DNA of 64,000 nucleotides, from assembly GCA_963665275.2 (NCBI GenBank), contig CAXXIN010000005.1:1-64000 (forward strand), in the 5' to 3' direction. Origin of the DNA: Negativicutes bacterium (GTDB lineage: Bacteria; Bacillota; Negativicutes; UBA1444). The notes beneath the pieces were generated by a model. That model made no database searches and was not told the DNA's origin. It was given only the letters and a program-made list of their open reading frames with translations. Position numbers and translations under genes: made by a program. Below are positions 1-10,528 of the stretch, one piece after another. Position 1 is the first letter of the stretch; each line of letters begins with the position of its first letter.

Positions 1-1580
1 CCAAAACTGACCGAGATCACCAGAGACAGAAATTGGTTTCCCCATATTGAGACGATCTCTGTGTATGACAACCAGTCTCGGCTGATTCATAGGGAAGGGC
101 CCGCTCGATCCTCCTTCGTGATGCCCTTTTCAAATCAATCTTTCCTATACTACAAGGGCGATTGGGTTGGATTGGTGCAGTTGGAAAGCGGGCTTGATTT
201 GATTTGGTTATGGACAGCGTTGATTTTTTTACTAGGATGCGCCGGTGGCGGATTTCTTGGATATCAAATTTATGCGAGCGCCAACCGGAACAATCGATTT
301 GCAGAGAGGCAAAGTCTTCGAGCGTTTGTCAAGATGATCCAAGCTAACGAGTGGATGGAAGACATGTCGAATCGTGACAGTCAAACCGGGGCCAATACGA
401 TCACATATGTCAGTAAGGTGTTGACAAATGTGTTTTCAAATACTGCCGAGAAAGTTGCCGTTCTGTTGGTCGACATCGATTTTTTCCGTCACTACAATGA
501 ACGGCATGGACACGAGAGCGGCGATGCCGTTTTGCGTACCTTAGCGATCCTATTGCGCCAACTATTGCGCGAACAGGATATTATCGGCAGATTTGGCGGA
601 GAAGAATTTATCGTTGTGCTGCCGGGCGTCGGGAGTATGGAGGCCGTCAAGGCAGCGAATCAACTTCGCATAGCAGTGAAAGAGCATGCGTTTATCGGCG
701 CCGAGGTTCAACCCAAGGGGCGGTTGACTGTCAGCATTGGCATCTCTTCAACGGAAACTGCGGCATCGGTTCAAGACTTGTTCTTTCAATTGGATGGCGC
801 CTTATACAAGGCAAAATGCGCAGGTCGAAATTGCGTCTGCGCATTTGAAGTGCCGGAAGCCAAAGCTGATCCGGTAAATTTTGCAGAAAAGTCACCTGCG
901 ATGAAAGCAGAAGTGACAGTTAAATTTATTAAAAGATTTTTCCATGGAACGTCTAATGAATTATTTCAATTATATGATCCAACGATATTAGCTTTTTTAA
1001 AAGCGTTGGAAATTTGGGATGCGGAAACTGTACGGCACTCATTACGAGTGAACCGTATCGCTATGGCGATTGGAAAAGAAATCGAACTGCCAACAGCTGA
1101 CAGACTAACTCTGAATCTGGGGACGCTGTTGCATGATATTGGAAAATTGACCATTGGCGATACGGTTTTGATCAAACCTGGAAGGTTGACACTAGACGAG
1201 TATGAATTGATGAAAAATCATCCACGTATCGGCTATGATTTGGTCAGTGACAACCCGGGTCTGCATAAGGCTTCGGATGTCATTTTCATGCACCACGAAT
1301 GGTTTGACGGAACCGGATATCCACAAAAACTGGCTGGGAAACAGATTCCCCTACTGGCCAGAATTTGTGCCGTGGCTGATGCAATGGACGCTATGATGAC
1401 CGACAGACCCTATAGAAAGGGGCGAAAGAAAGCGAAGTTCGCAGTGAGATTGCCAAAAGCAAAGGGAGCCAATTTGATCCTGAAATTGCCGATATTGCTT
1501 TGTCTTTGGATTGGCAGCAGTTTTATCACCCCTTGGATTTCGCTGCATTCAATATGATGCCGGAACTGGATCCGGCATGA
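1..1580 (+). CDS. Membrane-anchored GGDEF + HD-GYP c-di-GMP enzyme; 5' end outside window; apparent 1-bp frameshift near the C-terminus
   Basis: Frame is open from base 1. TM helix, REQD...RFGGEEF, LHDIGK, HHEWFDGTGYP, DRPYRKG. The expected tail SEVRSEIAKSKGSQFDPEIA..* lies in the -1 frame after the G4 run at 1419-1422 and stops at 1578-1580. Confidence 0.85.
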
Positions 1581-1707
1581 TTCTTCTGCCGTGAGGTGCG
1601 GACAAGCATGCAGAAAAGACACAATAACCATTGTTGTTGGATTAGGCCCACGCCAGTGTAGTTTCTATATGGGAAAATCGTGACATAGGCCCCCTTTTGT
1701 ATCTGGC

Positions 1708-1732
1708 AGGAAAATGGTAGCACATGCAGAAT
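1708..1732 (+). promoter_or_regulatory. SigH-like promoter (AGGA-N17-GAAT)
   Basis: gcAGGA aaatggtagcacatgca GAAT upstream of the serine hydrolase. Confidence 0.55.
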
Positions 1733-1846
1733 CAGATTCATTAGGTTATGGCGAATCAATGCCAGTAGCATACTTCTGGAGACGTGCAAACTCATAGGCG
1801 ATTTATAAGCTGAATGGGTACGAAAATAACGAGTGGAGGTTGCGTG

Positions 1847-3862
1847 ATGAGTTGGTTGAACAGACTTGTAGGTGTGCTTATCTGCTTTGCATTGGTTAGC
1901 CCATCTTTGGCGTGGTGCCAGTCCACTACTGACGGTGAAGTTCCGAATGCAGTTGCAACCGCCCGCAGCGAAATTTGGAAAGAAATCACTGCCGGCCATG
2001 CCGGCAGTGCAACCGTGGCTATTTTGGATGATGGGAAAGTCGTTTATGCGGAAGGCTTTGGCATGGCCGACAGAGAAAAAAGTGTCCCGGTTGATCGGAA
2101 CACTTTATTCAATATAGGCTCGATCAGCAAGATGTATTGTGCGACGGCGATTATGCTACTGGTGGACGCAGGCAAGGTGGAACTGGATAAGCCGGTGATC
2201 ACTTATTTGCCGGAGTTTGTTATGCCTGATCCCCGTTACAAGGAGATTACCGTCAGAATGTTGCTGAATCATTCCTCGGGTCTGCCGGGAACCAACTATG
2301 TCAACTCTTTTGGATTCGCCTACAATGAAGATTTTTATCAAGAAACTCTGGCGATGTTGGCGCAGTCAAGATTGAAGCATCGCCCTGGCGAAATGGCCAT
2401 ATATTGTAATGATGGATTCACTCTGGCCGAGATGATTGTGACTAAAGTGTCAGGTAAGTCCTATCGACAGTTTTTGGAGGAGCGGATTTTTAAGCCGCTG
2501 GCTCTTGATCAAACAGATTTAGCGGTGGGGCAACGACCTCCCACCGAATTGGCCATGGCCAGGTATTATAATACACAAGGGGTCCGCGAGCCACTGGAGG
2601 CACTGTCTTTCCTAGCCTCGGGGGGGCTCTCTACAACGGCGGCTGAGTTATGCCGCTTTGTTGACAGCTTTTCTGATGCCGGGAAACATATTCTGTCCCC
2701 TGACTCGTTGGCCGAAATGAGAAAGATGCAACCTTCAGATTTTTGGGGGAAACTTCGTAATCCGCAGATAAGTTATGGTTTGGGCTGGGACATGACTGAT
2801 ATTCCCATCTATAGTAAAAACGGAATTCAGGTATTGGGAAAAAGCGGTGGAACCGGACACTATAACTCCATGGTTTACACGTTGCCTGATAAACGGATTG
2901 CCGTTGCCGTTATTATTGCCGGCCACAGTTCAGCTCAGGAGGTTGCCCAAAAAATTCTTGATGCTTACCTGATGGAAAAAGGCTGGATTGCTAAAGAACC
3001 GGTTGCGGTTAAAGCGCCGGTGAAAGCACAACCACTGCCGCCGACATATCTGGAATATGCAGGATTTTATGCGGGTGATGCCGGAGCCTTGTATAAAGTC
3101 GCCATCGATGCACAAAAAGGACTTTTGACGACCTATAACCTGGAGAATGGACAAGAAAAACTCGACTTTACTGCAGAATACGCAGATTCTTATTTTCATA
3201 ATGCCAAAGGGAATAAGTTCTATTTTGCAACCGTGGAAGGCAGTCGTTATTTCGTTTTGTCCGATCCACAAATGGATTTTGTATTATGGCAAAAAATCGA
3301 ACCGATCGCGCATGACAAACAACAACGGCTGGCTGTGGAGGTAGACGGACAGCAGTGGTTGCGTCGGAACGTCAAAGCTTATGACGGGATAATGTTTGTG
3401 CCAACCCATCTGATCACTTCCCACATGATAAATGGTTTGGCCGGCTATGTTGAGTTTATGGGCGCCAAACCGGTGATGTCGGCTACATACGCAGGGTTGC
3501 CGGGGAAAGCCGTTCGGGATGGTACGGAAGTCAAGCTTGTGGGACCTAAGGGATCATCTTGGGTATGGCTGTCTGGCGGGGTATACATGAATGCCAGGGA
3601 AGCAGTCGCGGCGAAAGTCGGCAAAAATACGATTGCCCTTGGGGTGCAGGGCTATAATGAATGGCTGAAGACGACGGAGGACGCAGTATTATCTTTCGAG
3701 AAGCCAATCAAGGGCCGCGTTATTGTGTTTTCTCCAACAGGAACTTCTACGTATGACAGTGAAGTCAATCGAGGCGACGTATTTGCGCCGGCGGGAAGTT
3801 GGATTGAAATGCTGGGTAATCAGGGTGATGTGTTTCAAGTAGGGGTATTGGCAACTAACTGA
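1847..3862 (+). CDS. Secreted serine hydrolase, beta-lactamase class C / PBP-like family, with C-terminal extension
   Basis: Signal peptide (ALVSPSLA), FNIGSISK (SxxK), LLNHSSGL, YCN, GKSGG; GGAGG RBS before 1844/1847. Confidence 0.85.
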   Translation: MSWLNRLVGVLICFALVSPSLAWCQSTTDGEVPNAVATARSEIWKEITAGHAGSATVAILDDGKVVYAEGFGMADREKSVPVDRNTLFNIGSISKMYCATAIMLLVDAGKVELDKPVITYLPEFVMPDPRYKEITVRMLLNHSSGLPGTNYVNSFGFAYNEDFYQETLAMLAQSRLKHRPGEMAIYCNDGFTLAEMIVTKVSGKSYRQFLEERIFKPLALDQTDLAVGQRPPTELAMARYYNTQGVREPLEALSFLASGGLSTTAAELCRFVDSFSDAGKHILSPDSLAEMRKMQPSDFWGKLRNPQISYGLGWDMTDIPIYSKNGIQVLGKSGGTGHYNSMVYTLPDKRIAVAVIIAGHSSAQEVAQKILDAYLMEKGWIAKEPVAVKAPVKAQPLPPTYLEYAGFYAGDAGALYKVAIDAQKGLLTTYNLENGQEKLDFTAEYADSYFHNAKGNKFYFATVEGSRYFVLSDPQMDFVLWQKIEPIAHDKQQRLAVEVDGQQWLRRNVKAYDGIMFVPTHLITSHMINGLAGYVEFMGAKPVMSATYAGLPGKAVRDGTEVKLVGPKGSSWVWLSGGVYMNAREAVAAKVGKNTIALGVQGYNEWLKTTEDAVLSFEKPIKGRVIVFSPTGTSTYDSEVNRGDVFAPAGSWIEMLGNQGDVFQVGVLATN

Positions 3863-3895
3863 GGCATGCCGCCTAATTCCGGCAAAAGAAAAGAA

Positions 3896-5113
3896 ATGGA
3901 GTTGGTAATCGTGACCGCGTTGGACGAAGCAAAAAAAATCAGCCCGGAGATCATTGCCTGGCGGAGGGAACTGCATAAAATCCCGGAGATTGGCCTGGTT
4001 TTGCCGCAGACGGCTGCGTTTGTGAAGGCGAGACTGAATGAAATGGGCATTTCCTATACGACGTATGAGCGGCACTCCGGGATTGTGGCGCTGATTGGGG
4101 AAAAAGCAGGGAAAACCATTGCGCTGCGTGCTGATATGGATGGGCTGCGCATCAATGAAGAGTCGGAGTTTGAGTATCGTTCGCAAAACAGTTATATGCA
4201 TGCCTGCGGGCATGATGCGCATACGGCGATTTTACTGGGAGCCGCCAAGCTGTTAAAGCAACATGAACAGGAATTGACCGGTCAAGTGAAACTATTGTTT
4301 CAACCGGCGGAAGAGGGCCCGGGCGGCGCGCTGCCCATGATCGAAGACGGAGCGCTCGAGAATCCAAAAGTTGATGCGATTCTGGCGCTGCATGTCGATC
4401 GTAAAAAATATGCGACTTCTTGTAAAAACGGCGATATCCTTGTCAAATACGGTAATAGTTCGGCAGCGGACGACCAGGTGGATATCACGATCATCGGGAA
4501 AAGCGGCCATGGATCCCAGCCGGACCTGTGCGTTGATCCGATTGCGATTTCTACCTTGGTGGTAACTGCGATCCAGTACATTATTAGCAGGGAAATCAGC
4601 CCGTTCTCCCCCTGTGTGATTACTTTCGGCACAATGACCGGCGGGGATGGCGCAGAGAATATCATCCCCAACAAGGTCGAGCTGCATGGCACGATCCGAA
4701 ATCAAGATCTGGATACGCGGGAATTCGTTTTCAAGCGCATTGAAGAGGTTGTCAAATATATTACCAAAGCGATGCGCGCCGACTACAAGGTGACTTTTTT
4801 GAACGGCTATCCGCCCACGAAAAATGATCAGTCCGTGGTGGACAGTGTCCTGGAATCGGCGCACAAGATCCTGCCCGCCGAAGATATCCATATCAGTTCG
4901 GAAGAGACGATGGGCGGCGAAGATGCCGGATTCTTCTATCAAAAGGTTCCCGGCTGCTTTTTCCGTCTATATAATCCGGCGCCCTTTGTCGATGGCGAAA
5001 TCTATCCGGCGCATAGCTCGCGCTTTGTATTGGATGATTCTGTCCTATATCGCGGGACCGCATTGTTTGTGCAAAATGTTTTTGACCATCTATGCATTAC
5101 TATGGTAAAGTAA
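3896..5113 (+). CDS. M20 family amidohydrolase (HipO/YxeP-like)
   Basis: RRELHKIPE, ALRADMDGL, MHACGHDAH, FQPAEEG, GGED; start may be GTG 3911. Confidence 0.9.
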   Translation: MELVIVTALDEAKKISPEIIAWRRELHKIPEIGLVLPQTAAFVKARLNEMGISYTTYERHSGIVALIGEKAGKTIALRADMDGLRINEESEFEYRSQNSYMHACGHDAHTAILLGAAKLLKQHEQELTGQVKLLFQPAEEGPGGALPMIEDGALENPKVDAILALHVDRKKYATSCKNGDILVKYGNSSAADDQVDITIIGKSGHGSQPDLCVDPIAISTLVVTAIQYIISREISPFSPCVITFGTMTGGDGAENIIPNKVELHGTIRNQDLDTREFVFKRIEEVVKYITKAMRADYKVTFLNGYPPTKNDQSVVDSVLESAHKILPAEDIHISSEETMGGEDAGFFYQKVPGCFFRLYNPAPFVDGEIYPAHSSRFVLDDSVLYRGTALFVQNVFDHLCITMVK

Positions 5114-5148
5114 TAGATATGGAATTTTAATGAAAAGGGGTCGTTACC

Positions 5149-6027
5149 ATGAAAATGAAAAAAAATCTGGGTCAGATCATCCTGGCGATTGTGCTCGGCG
5201 TACTGATGGCTGTTGCCGTTACCGGTTGTTCTTCCACTCCCGAGAAAAAGCCGGCTGCGAATGCGCCTGCCGCTGCTCCTGCCGATGACAGTCTGGCTAA
5301 AATCAAAGCGAAAGGCCGGCTGGTTGTTGGGGTCAACGCCGATTTCGCGCCGTTTGAGTTTCATGCGATGATTAACGGCAAAGATACGGTTGCTGGTTTT
5401 GACATGGACTTGGCGAAAGAAATCGCTAAAGACATGGGTGTGGAACTGGAACTGAAAGAACTGTCTTTCGATGCGTTGCTGACAACACTGCAGTCAGGAC
5501 AGATTGACGTCATTATTTCCGGTATGTCGGCGACGGAAGAACGCCGCAAAACTGTTGATTTTTCTGATGTATATTACAGAGGGATCCAAGTACTGCTGAC
5601 AACCAAAGACAACTTACCCAAGTTCAACAGTTTTAGTGACCTGAAAGATAAAAAAATCGGACTTCAACTTTCTTCCCTGCAAGACAAGCTGATGACCAGC
5701 CTGATTCCTGATGGAAAGTATACCAAGATTGAGAGCATGAATACTCTGTTCCTCTCCCTCAAATCCAATCAGATTGAAGGGATCGTGACGACCAAAATTG
5801 TCTGCCAAATGGCTATTGCGGCGAATCCTGAATTCGTGATTGCCGAGAAAGTAGTCATCGATGATTCTTCGCTCAAAAGCCCAGGCGTAGCCGTGGCTCT
5901 GCGAAAAAATTCTTCCGCGTTGCAGACGCAATTAAACAGTACAGTCAAACGTCTGAATGATTCGGGACAGATGCAAAAATACGTGGATGCAGCAGCCCAA
6001 TTGGCTGGAGTCAGCAAAAAGAAATAA
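5149..6027 (+). CDS. Polar amino acid ABC transporter substrate-binding lipoprotein
   Basis: Lipobox VTGC, ADFAPFEF, GFDMDLA, SGMSATEERRKTVDFSDVY. Confidence 0.92.
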   Translation: MKMKKNLGQIILAIVLGVLMAVAVTGCSSTPEKKPAANAPAAAPADDSLAKIKAKGRLVVGVNADFAPFEFHAMINGKDTVAGFDMDLAKEIAKDMGVELELKELSFDALLTTLQSGQIDVIISGMSATEERRKTVDFSDVYYRGIQVLLTTKDNLPKFNSFSDLKDKKIGLQLSSLQDKLMTSLIPDGKYTKIESMNTLFLSLKSNQIEGIVTTKIVCQMAIAANPEFVIAEKVVIDDSSLKSPGVAVALRKNSSALQTQLNSTVKRLNDSGQMQKYVDAAAQLAGVSKKK

Positions 6028-6062
6028 CGCTTCAGTGATAAACCGGGGGTAGGGGGAGCATT

Positions 6063-6752
6063 TTGGATTTTGAGTTTGCAGGCACATACCTGCCGATGTT
6101 TTTCAGCGGCATTAAGCTGACGTTGCTTATTTCGATAATTTCTATTGTGCTTGGAACCATTGTGGGGGTTGTGGTGTACCTGTTTAAAACCTCGCAGCTG
6201 GCTGTGGGAAAGATCTTTCCGCTTCGCATGGTGGCCTTTGCTTTTATCGAAACGATGCGCGGCACTCCGGTGTTGCTGCAGATCTTGGTTGCTTATGTAC
6301 TGATCGGCATGCACCCGAATTCTTCCAACCTACCCAGCAATATGGTAGCGCTGATTGCCAGTATTGCAGCGATTAGTCTCAATTCCAGCGTGTACATTGC
6401 CGAAATAGTGCGGGCCGGGATCCAGTCTGTGCCGCATGGTCAGATGGAAGCGGCCCGCAGCTTGGGAATGACTCATTTTTTGGCGATGCGGGAAATCATT
6501 ATGCCCCAGGCGATCAAAAACATTCTGCCGGCGATCGGCAATGAATTTGTTGCGGTGATCAAGGGCTCTTCCATGGCCTATGTGCTGGGAATCGCCGAAC
6601 TGACGTTTACTGCCAAGGTTGTACAGGGCGCCACTTACAAGGGATTGGAACCTCTGTTGATTTCCGCCCTTTTCTATCTGGTCCTGACTTTTTCGCTCGG
6701 ACGGTTGATCAGTTGGGCGGAAAGGAGGATGAAAGCCAGTGATTCGCATTAA
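6063..6752 (+). CDS. Polar amino acid ABC transporter permease
   Basis: [28 protein letters not shown] (EAA loop). Confidence 0.92.
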   Translation: MDFEFAGTYLPMFFSGIKLTLLISIISIVLGTIVGVVVYLFKTSQLAVGKIFPLRMVAFAFIETMRGTPVLLQILVAYVLIGMHPNSSNLPSNMVALIASIAAISLNSSVYIAEIVRAGIQSVPHGQMEAARSLGMTHFLAMREIIMPQAIKNILPAIGNEFVAVIKGSSMAYVLGIAELTFTAKVVQGATYKGLEPLLISALFYLVLTFSLGRLISWAERRMKASDSH

Positions 6753-7461
6753 TGGACTGCACAAGTATTTTGGTGATAATCATGTTTTAAGAGGTATTAC
6801 CAATCACATCCAAAAGGGCGAGGTCGTTGTGGTCATTGGCCCCTCAGGCTCAGGTAAATCTACGTTTCTGCGTTGTATGAACCTTTTGGAAGTGCCGACA
6901 GCGGGGGAAATCATTCTTGAGGGACAAAACATCACCGATCCCAACGTCGATATCAATAAGATCCGGACAAAACTAGGTATGGTCTTTCAGCAATTTAATT
7001 TGTTTCCGCACAAGACAGTAGTGGAAAATATTATGGTTTCACCGATTATGGTGAAGAAAATCCCCAAAGAAGAGGCTTATAAGAAAGCTCTTTCATTGCT
7101 CAACATGGTTGGCTTGGCGGAAAAAGAAAATGCCTATCCGTCTTCTCTTTCCGGCGGTCAGCAGCAGCGTATCGCTATTGCCCGGGCTTTGGCAATGGAG
7201 CCTGATGTCATGCTGTTTGACGAGCCAACATCCGCTCTTGATCCGGAGATGGTGGGCGAAGTGCTGGGCGTAATGAAGCAGTTGGCGATTGAGGGCATGA
7301 CGATGGTCATTGTTTCTCATGAGATGGGCTTTGCCCGCGAAGTGGGAGATCGGATTTTATTCATGGATGAAGGACAAATCGTGGAAGAAGGTCCACCGGA
7401 TCAGCTGTTTAATCAGCCCCAAAATGCCAGAACCCGGGACTTTCTATCTAAAGTTTTATAG
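6739..7461 (+). CDS. Polar amino acid ABC transporter ATPase (GlnQ family)
   Basis: [28 protein letters not shown]. Confidence 0.95.
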   Translation: MIRINGLHKYFGDNHVLRGITNHIQKGEVVVVIGPSGSGKSTFLRCMNLLEVPTAGEIILEGQNITDPNVDINKIRTKLGMVFQQFNLFPHKTVVENIMVSPIMVKKIPKEEAYKKALSLLNMVGLAEKENAYPSSLSGGQQQRIAIARALAMEPDVMLFDEPTSALDPEMVGEVLGVMKQLAIEGMTMVIVSHEMGFAREVGDRILFMDEGQIVEEGPPDQLFNQPQNARTRDFLSKVL

Positions 7462-7476
7462 CAGATTTTGACCATG

Positions 7477-7504
7477 AGCCCGCGAGATTCGCGGGCTTTG
7501 TTTT
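7477..7504 (+). terminator. Intrinsic terminator with CCCGCGA-N3-TCGCGGG core
   Basis: agcccgcga gat tcgcgggct followed by ttgtttt. Confidence 0.75.
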
Positions 7505-7579
7505 GCCGATCTTGTTGTGAATCGGATATAATCATATTCGACAACGCATCCAACCAGGATTCGAAAAGGGGTTTTTTGA

Positions 7580-9265
7580 GTGGAGATTTTACAATTTGAC
7601 AAAGTACATTGCAAAAACTGCTATAAATGTGTCAGGCACTGTCCGGTCAAAGCCATTGAAGTCAAAAACCACCGCGCTCAGATTTGCCAGGTGGACTGCA
7701 TTTTATGCGGCGAATGTACGATTGTATGCCCGCAAAAAACCAAAGGCGCCATTAGTGAAGTTGCACAATTGCAAGAGGCCCTGGCTAACGGCCGTAGAGT
7801 GATCGCCAGCATCGCTCCGTCCTGCTTCGCTTATTTTAATGTTTCGCTTGATCCCTTGAAGTCGGCCCTATTGGCGCTCAAGTTTGCGGATGTATGTGAG
7901 ACGGCCGAAGGGGCCTATCTTGTGAAATCCGAATATGAAAAGCTGATTGCCGACCAGCCTGATCATGTATGGATATCCTCCTGCTGTTCCTCAATCAACC
8001 TGCTCATTGGGCGGTATTATCCAACGGCTTTGTCTTATCTTGCTCCGGTAGTGACGCCTATTCAGGCTCACGCCAAGCTATTAAAAGAACGATATCCGGA
8101 TGCGTTGATCGCTTTCATCACTCCCTGTATTTCCAAAAAAGCGGAACGCTATAGTCTGGAATCCCAAGTCGACTTTGTGCTTGCCTTTGAAGAATTGGAG
8201 AGTATGTTGCAAGAAGCAGGTCTGGAGCTGAAGGAATATTCTACGGAACAGCAGCCTCAATACTTATCACGAAAATTTCCTGCCGATGGAGGAATCGTTG
8301 CCACACTGAACAAGGTCCCCGGACATAACTATGTTTCAGTCAGCGGTTTCAATTCCTGTGTGCAGGCAATCCGCGATATTCAGGCGGGGAAAATATCTTC
8401 CTGTTTTGTTGAAATGAGTCTTTGTGAAGGAAGTTGCATCGGCGGCCCCTCTTTTCGCAAAAAAGAGTATTCCCTGTTAAGTTCTTCACTGCAAATCAAA
8501 AAGCAGTCTTCTGCAGGAGATTACTCGGAAGACTATAACATACCGTATGAATCTGCTTTAAGCCGAGCCTTCCCCGTTCCGTCCAATGTCGCGCATGCGC
8601 TGCCGTCCGCAGACCAGATCGATGCTGTTCTGCGCAAGATGGGCAAGCGTTTGGCCGAGGATGAACTGAATTGCGGCATGTGCGGCTACCCTTCCTGTCG
8701 GGAAAAAGCGGCTGCGATCTTGGCCGGCAAGGCCGAGATCAACATGTGTCTGCCATATATGATTGAACGGGCCGAATCTTTTTCCAACCAGATTATCAAT
8801 ATAACGCCCAATGCGATTGTCTCCGTGGATATGGATCTCAAGGTGCAACAAATCAATCAGTCAGCCTGCGAAATTTTCAAACTTTCGCCGGAAGACGTCT
8901 TAAAACAGCCTGTTTCCCGGATTTTAGACGAGTTCAGCTTCGTAGATATGATCATGAACAACAAAGAAAAACTGGAAAAAACGGCGTTTTTGCCCGAATA
9001 TAATGCGTATCTCAATCAGGTTTTCCTCTATGATAAGGAAAGCAGCATGGTGGTCTGTATCATGAAGAATATTTCAAAAGATCGGCAGAAACGGAATCTG
9101 TCGATGCAGAAAAAGGTCCAGGCGGCAGCCCTGGCGGACGAGATTGTCGACAAACAACTGCGCATCGTGCATGAAATCGCTTCCTTGCTGGGGGAAACGG
9201 CTGCGGAAACGCAGATCGCCATACGGGACCTCAAAGAAACTATTATGATGGATGACGAGGAATAA
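7580..9265 (+). CDS. Sensory [FeFe]-hydrogenase-like protein with 2x[4Fe-4S], H-domain, FeS and PAS domains (HfsB/HydS type)
   Basis: CKNCYKCVRHCP and CILCGECTIVCP; H-cluster motifs SSCCSS, TPCISKKAE, EMSLCEGSCIGG; LNCGMCGYPSC; C-terminal PAS. Confidence 0.88.
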   Translation: MEILQFDKVHCKNCYKCVRHCPVKAIEVKNHRAQICQVDCILCGECTIVCPQKTKGAISEVAQLQEALANGRRVIASIAPSCFAYFNVSLDPLKSALLALKFADVCETAEGAYLVKSEYEKLIADQPDHVWISSCCSSINLLIGRYYPTALSYLAPVVTPIQAHAKLLKERYPDALIAFITPCISKKAERYSLESQVDFVLAFEELESMLQEAGLELKEYSTEQQPQYLSRKFPADGGIVATLNKVPGHNYVSVSGFNSCVQAIRDIQAGKISSCFVEMSLCEGSCIGGPSFRKKEYSLLSSSLQIKKQSSAGDYSEDYNIPYESALSRAFPVPSNVAHALPSADQIDAVLRKMGKRLAEDELNCGMCGYPSCREKAAAILAGKAEINMCLPYMIERAESFSNQIINITPNAIVSVDMDLKVQQINQSACEIFKLSPEDVLKQPVSRILDEFSFVDMIMNNKEKLEKTAFLPEYNAYLNQVFLYDKESSMVVCIMKNISKDRQKRNLSMQKKVQAAALADEIVDKQLRIVHEIASLLGETAAETQIAIRDLKETIMMDDEE

Positions 9266-9268
9266 GCC

Positions 9269-10438
9269 GTGTTTGATGCAGAGTTTCAATTCCTGGAAAC
9301 GGGATGGGCCAGTGTAAACAAGCACGATGAAAAACTGTGCGGCGATTTCTTCAAAATTTTCGATAGCAAGGGGAAAAAGGTGTTCGTTCTGTCGGATGGG
9401 CTCGGCAGCGGCGTTAAGGCGAACATCCTATCCACACTGACGACGACGATTCTGGGAACCATGCTGTCACGCGGCGTTCCTCTGGACGAGTGCGTCAACA
9501 CTGTCGCAACAACCTTGCCGGTATGTCGGATGCGAAAAATGGCATACTCAACCTTTACGGTTCTGCAGATCGAGAACAGTATGGCCTATCTCGTGCAGTA
9601 CAGCAATCCGTCAGTTATCCTGTTACGTCAGGGAAAGAGTTTGAACTATCCGCAAAGTATCCATTTTATCGGCGAAAAAGAAATCAACGAAAGCCATGTC
9701 CCGGTTCTTACAGGTGATATTCTGGTGCTAATGTCGGATGGAATTACCAACGCCGGCATCGGGAAATTAGCACCTGATGGTTGGAAGCGAGACGAGGTGG
9801 TCGCTTTTTTGGAGAGACTGAATACGACAGAGATGTCCGCTTCCCATATTGCGGCGCAAATCGTGAACGGCTGCCTGACGCTAAGCGAAGAGTCGCTGGA
9901 TGACGATACCACCGTTCTGGTGATCAAGCTGCGGGAGCGAAGTGTCGTCAATATGCTGGTGGGGCCACCGGAAAACAAAGAAGACGACAATCGGATTTTG
10001 AAACTGTTCTTCGCCAAGGAAGGAATCCGAGTCGTCTGCGGCGGCAGTACGGCCCATGCTGTCAGTAAATATCAGCAGAAGCCGTTTGTAGCGATTGCGG
10101 ATAGCCAGACGAATGAAATTCCTGCGATGGGTCGCATTGAAAATGTGGACTATGTTACGGAAGGCGCCATCACACTGAAAATGTTGTTGCAGCTTTGCCG
10201 CGAGTATTTGGAGAATCCGATGACCCTACTCCGCTTTTGCCACAAAAAAGATGCCGCGTCCATATTGGCGCGGCTATTAATCGAGACAGCCACAGATATT
10301 AATATTTACTTCGGCATGGCGGCCAATCATGCGCATGAGGGAACCGACTTCGATTTTCAGGCCAAGCTTGCATTGATCAAGGAACTGGAAGAGTGTCTGG
10401 GGCGAATGAATAAAACTGTAAAAATCAGCTTTTGCTAG
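9269..10438 (+). CDS. SpoIIE/PP2C-type Ser/Thr phosphatase (HfsC-like)
   Basis: LCGD, LSDGLGSGVKANILS, MSDG, DDTT; 3 bp after the hydrogenase gene. Confidence 0.88.
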   Translation: MFDAEFQFLETGWASVNKHDEKLCGDFFKIFDSKGKKVFVLSDGLGSGVKANILSTLTTTILGTMLSRGVPLDECVNTVATTLPVCRMRKMAYSTFTVLQIENSMAYLVQYSNPSVILLRQGKSLNYPQSIHFIGEKEINESHVPVLTGDILVLMSDGITNAGIGKLAPDGWKRDEVVAFLERLNTTEMSASHIAAQIVNGCLTLSEESLDDDTTVLVIKLRERSVVNMLVGPPENKEDDNRILKLFFAKEGIRVVCGGSTAHAVSKYQQKPFVAIADSQTNEIPAMGRIENVDYVTEGAITLKMLLQLCREYLENPMTLLRFCHKKDAASILARLLIETATDINIYFGMAANHAHEGTDFDFQAKLALIKELEECLGRMNKTVKISFC

Positions 10439-10528
10439 GATCTTGTGGTTTTGCTGAGGGAAGGTATGAAGGAAAACTGCGTTGAATTGTTGTATTTATA
10501 TCATCTTTATCGAAAGGAGCTGGAAACT

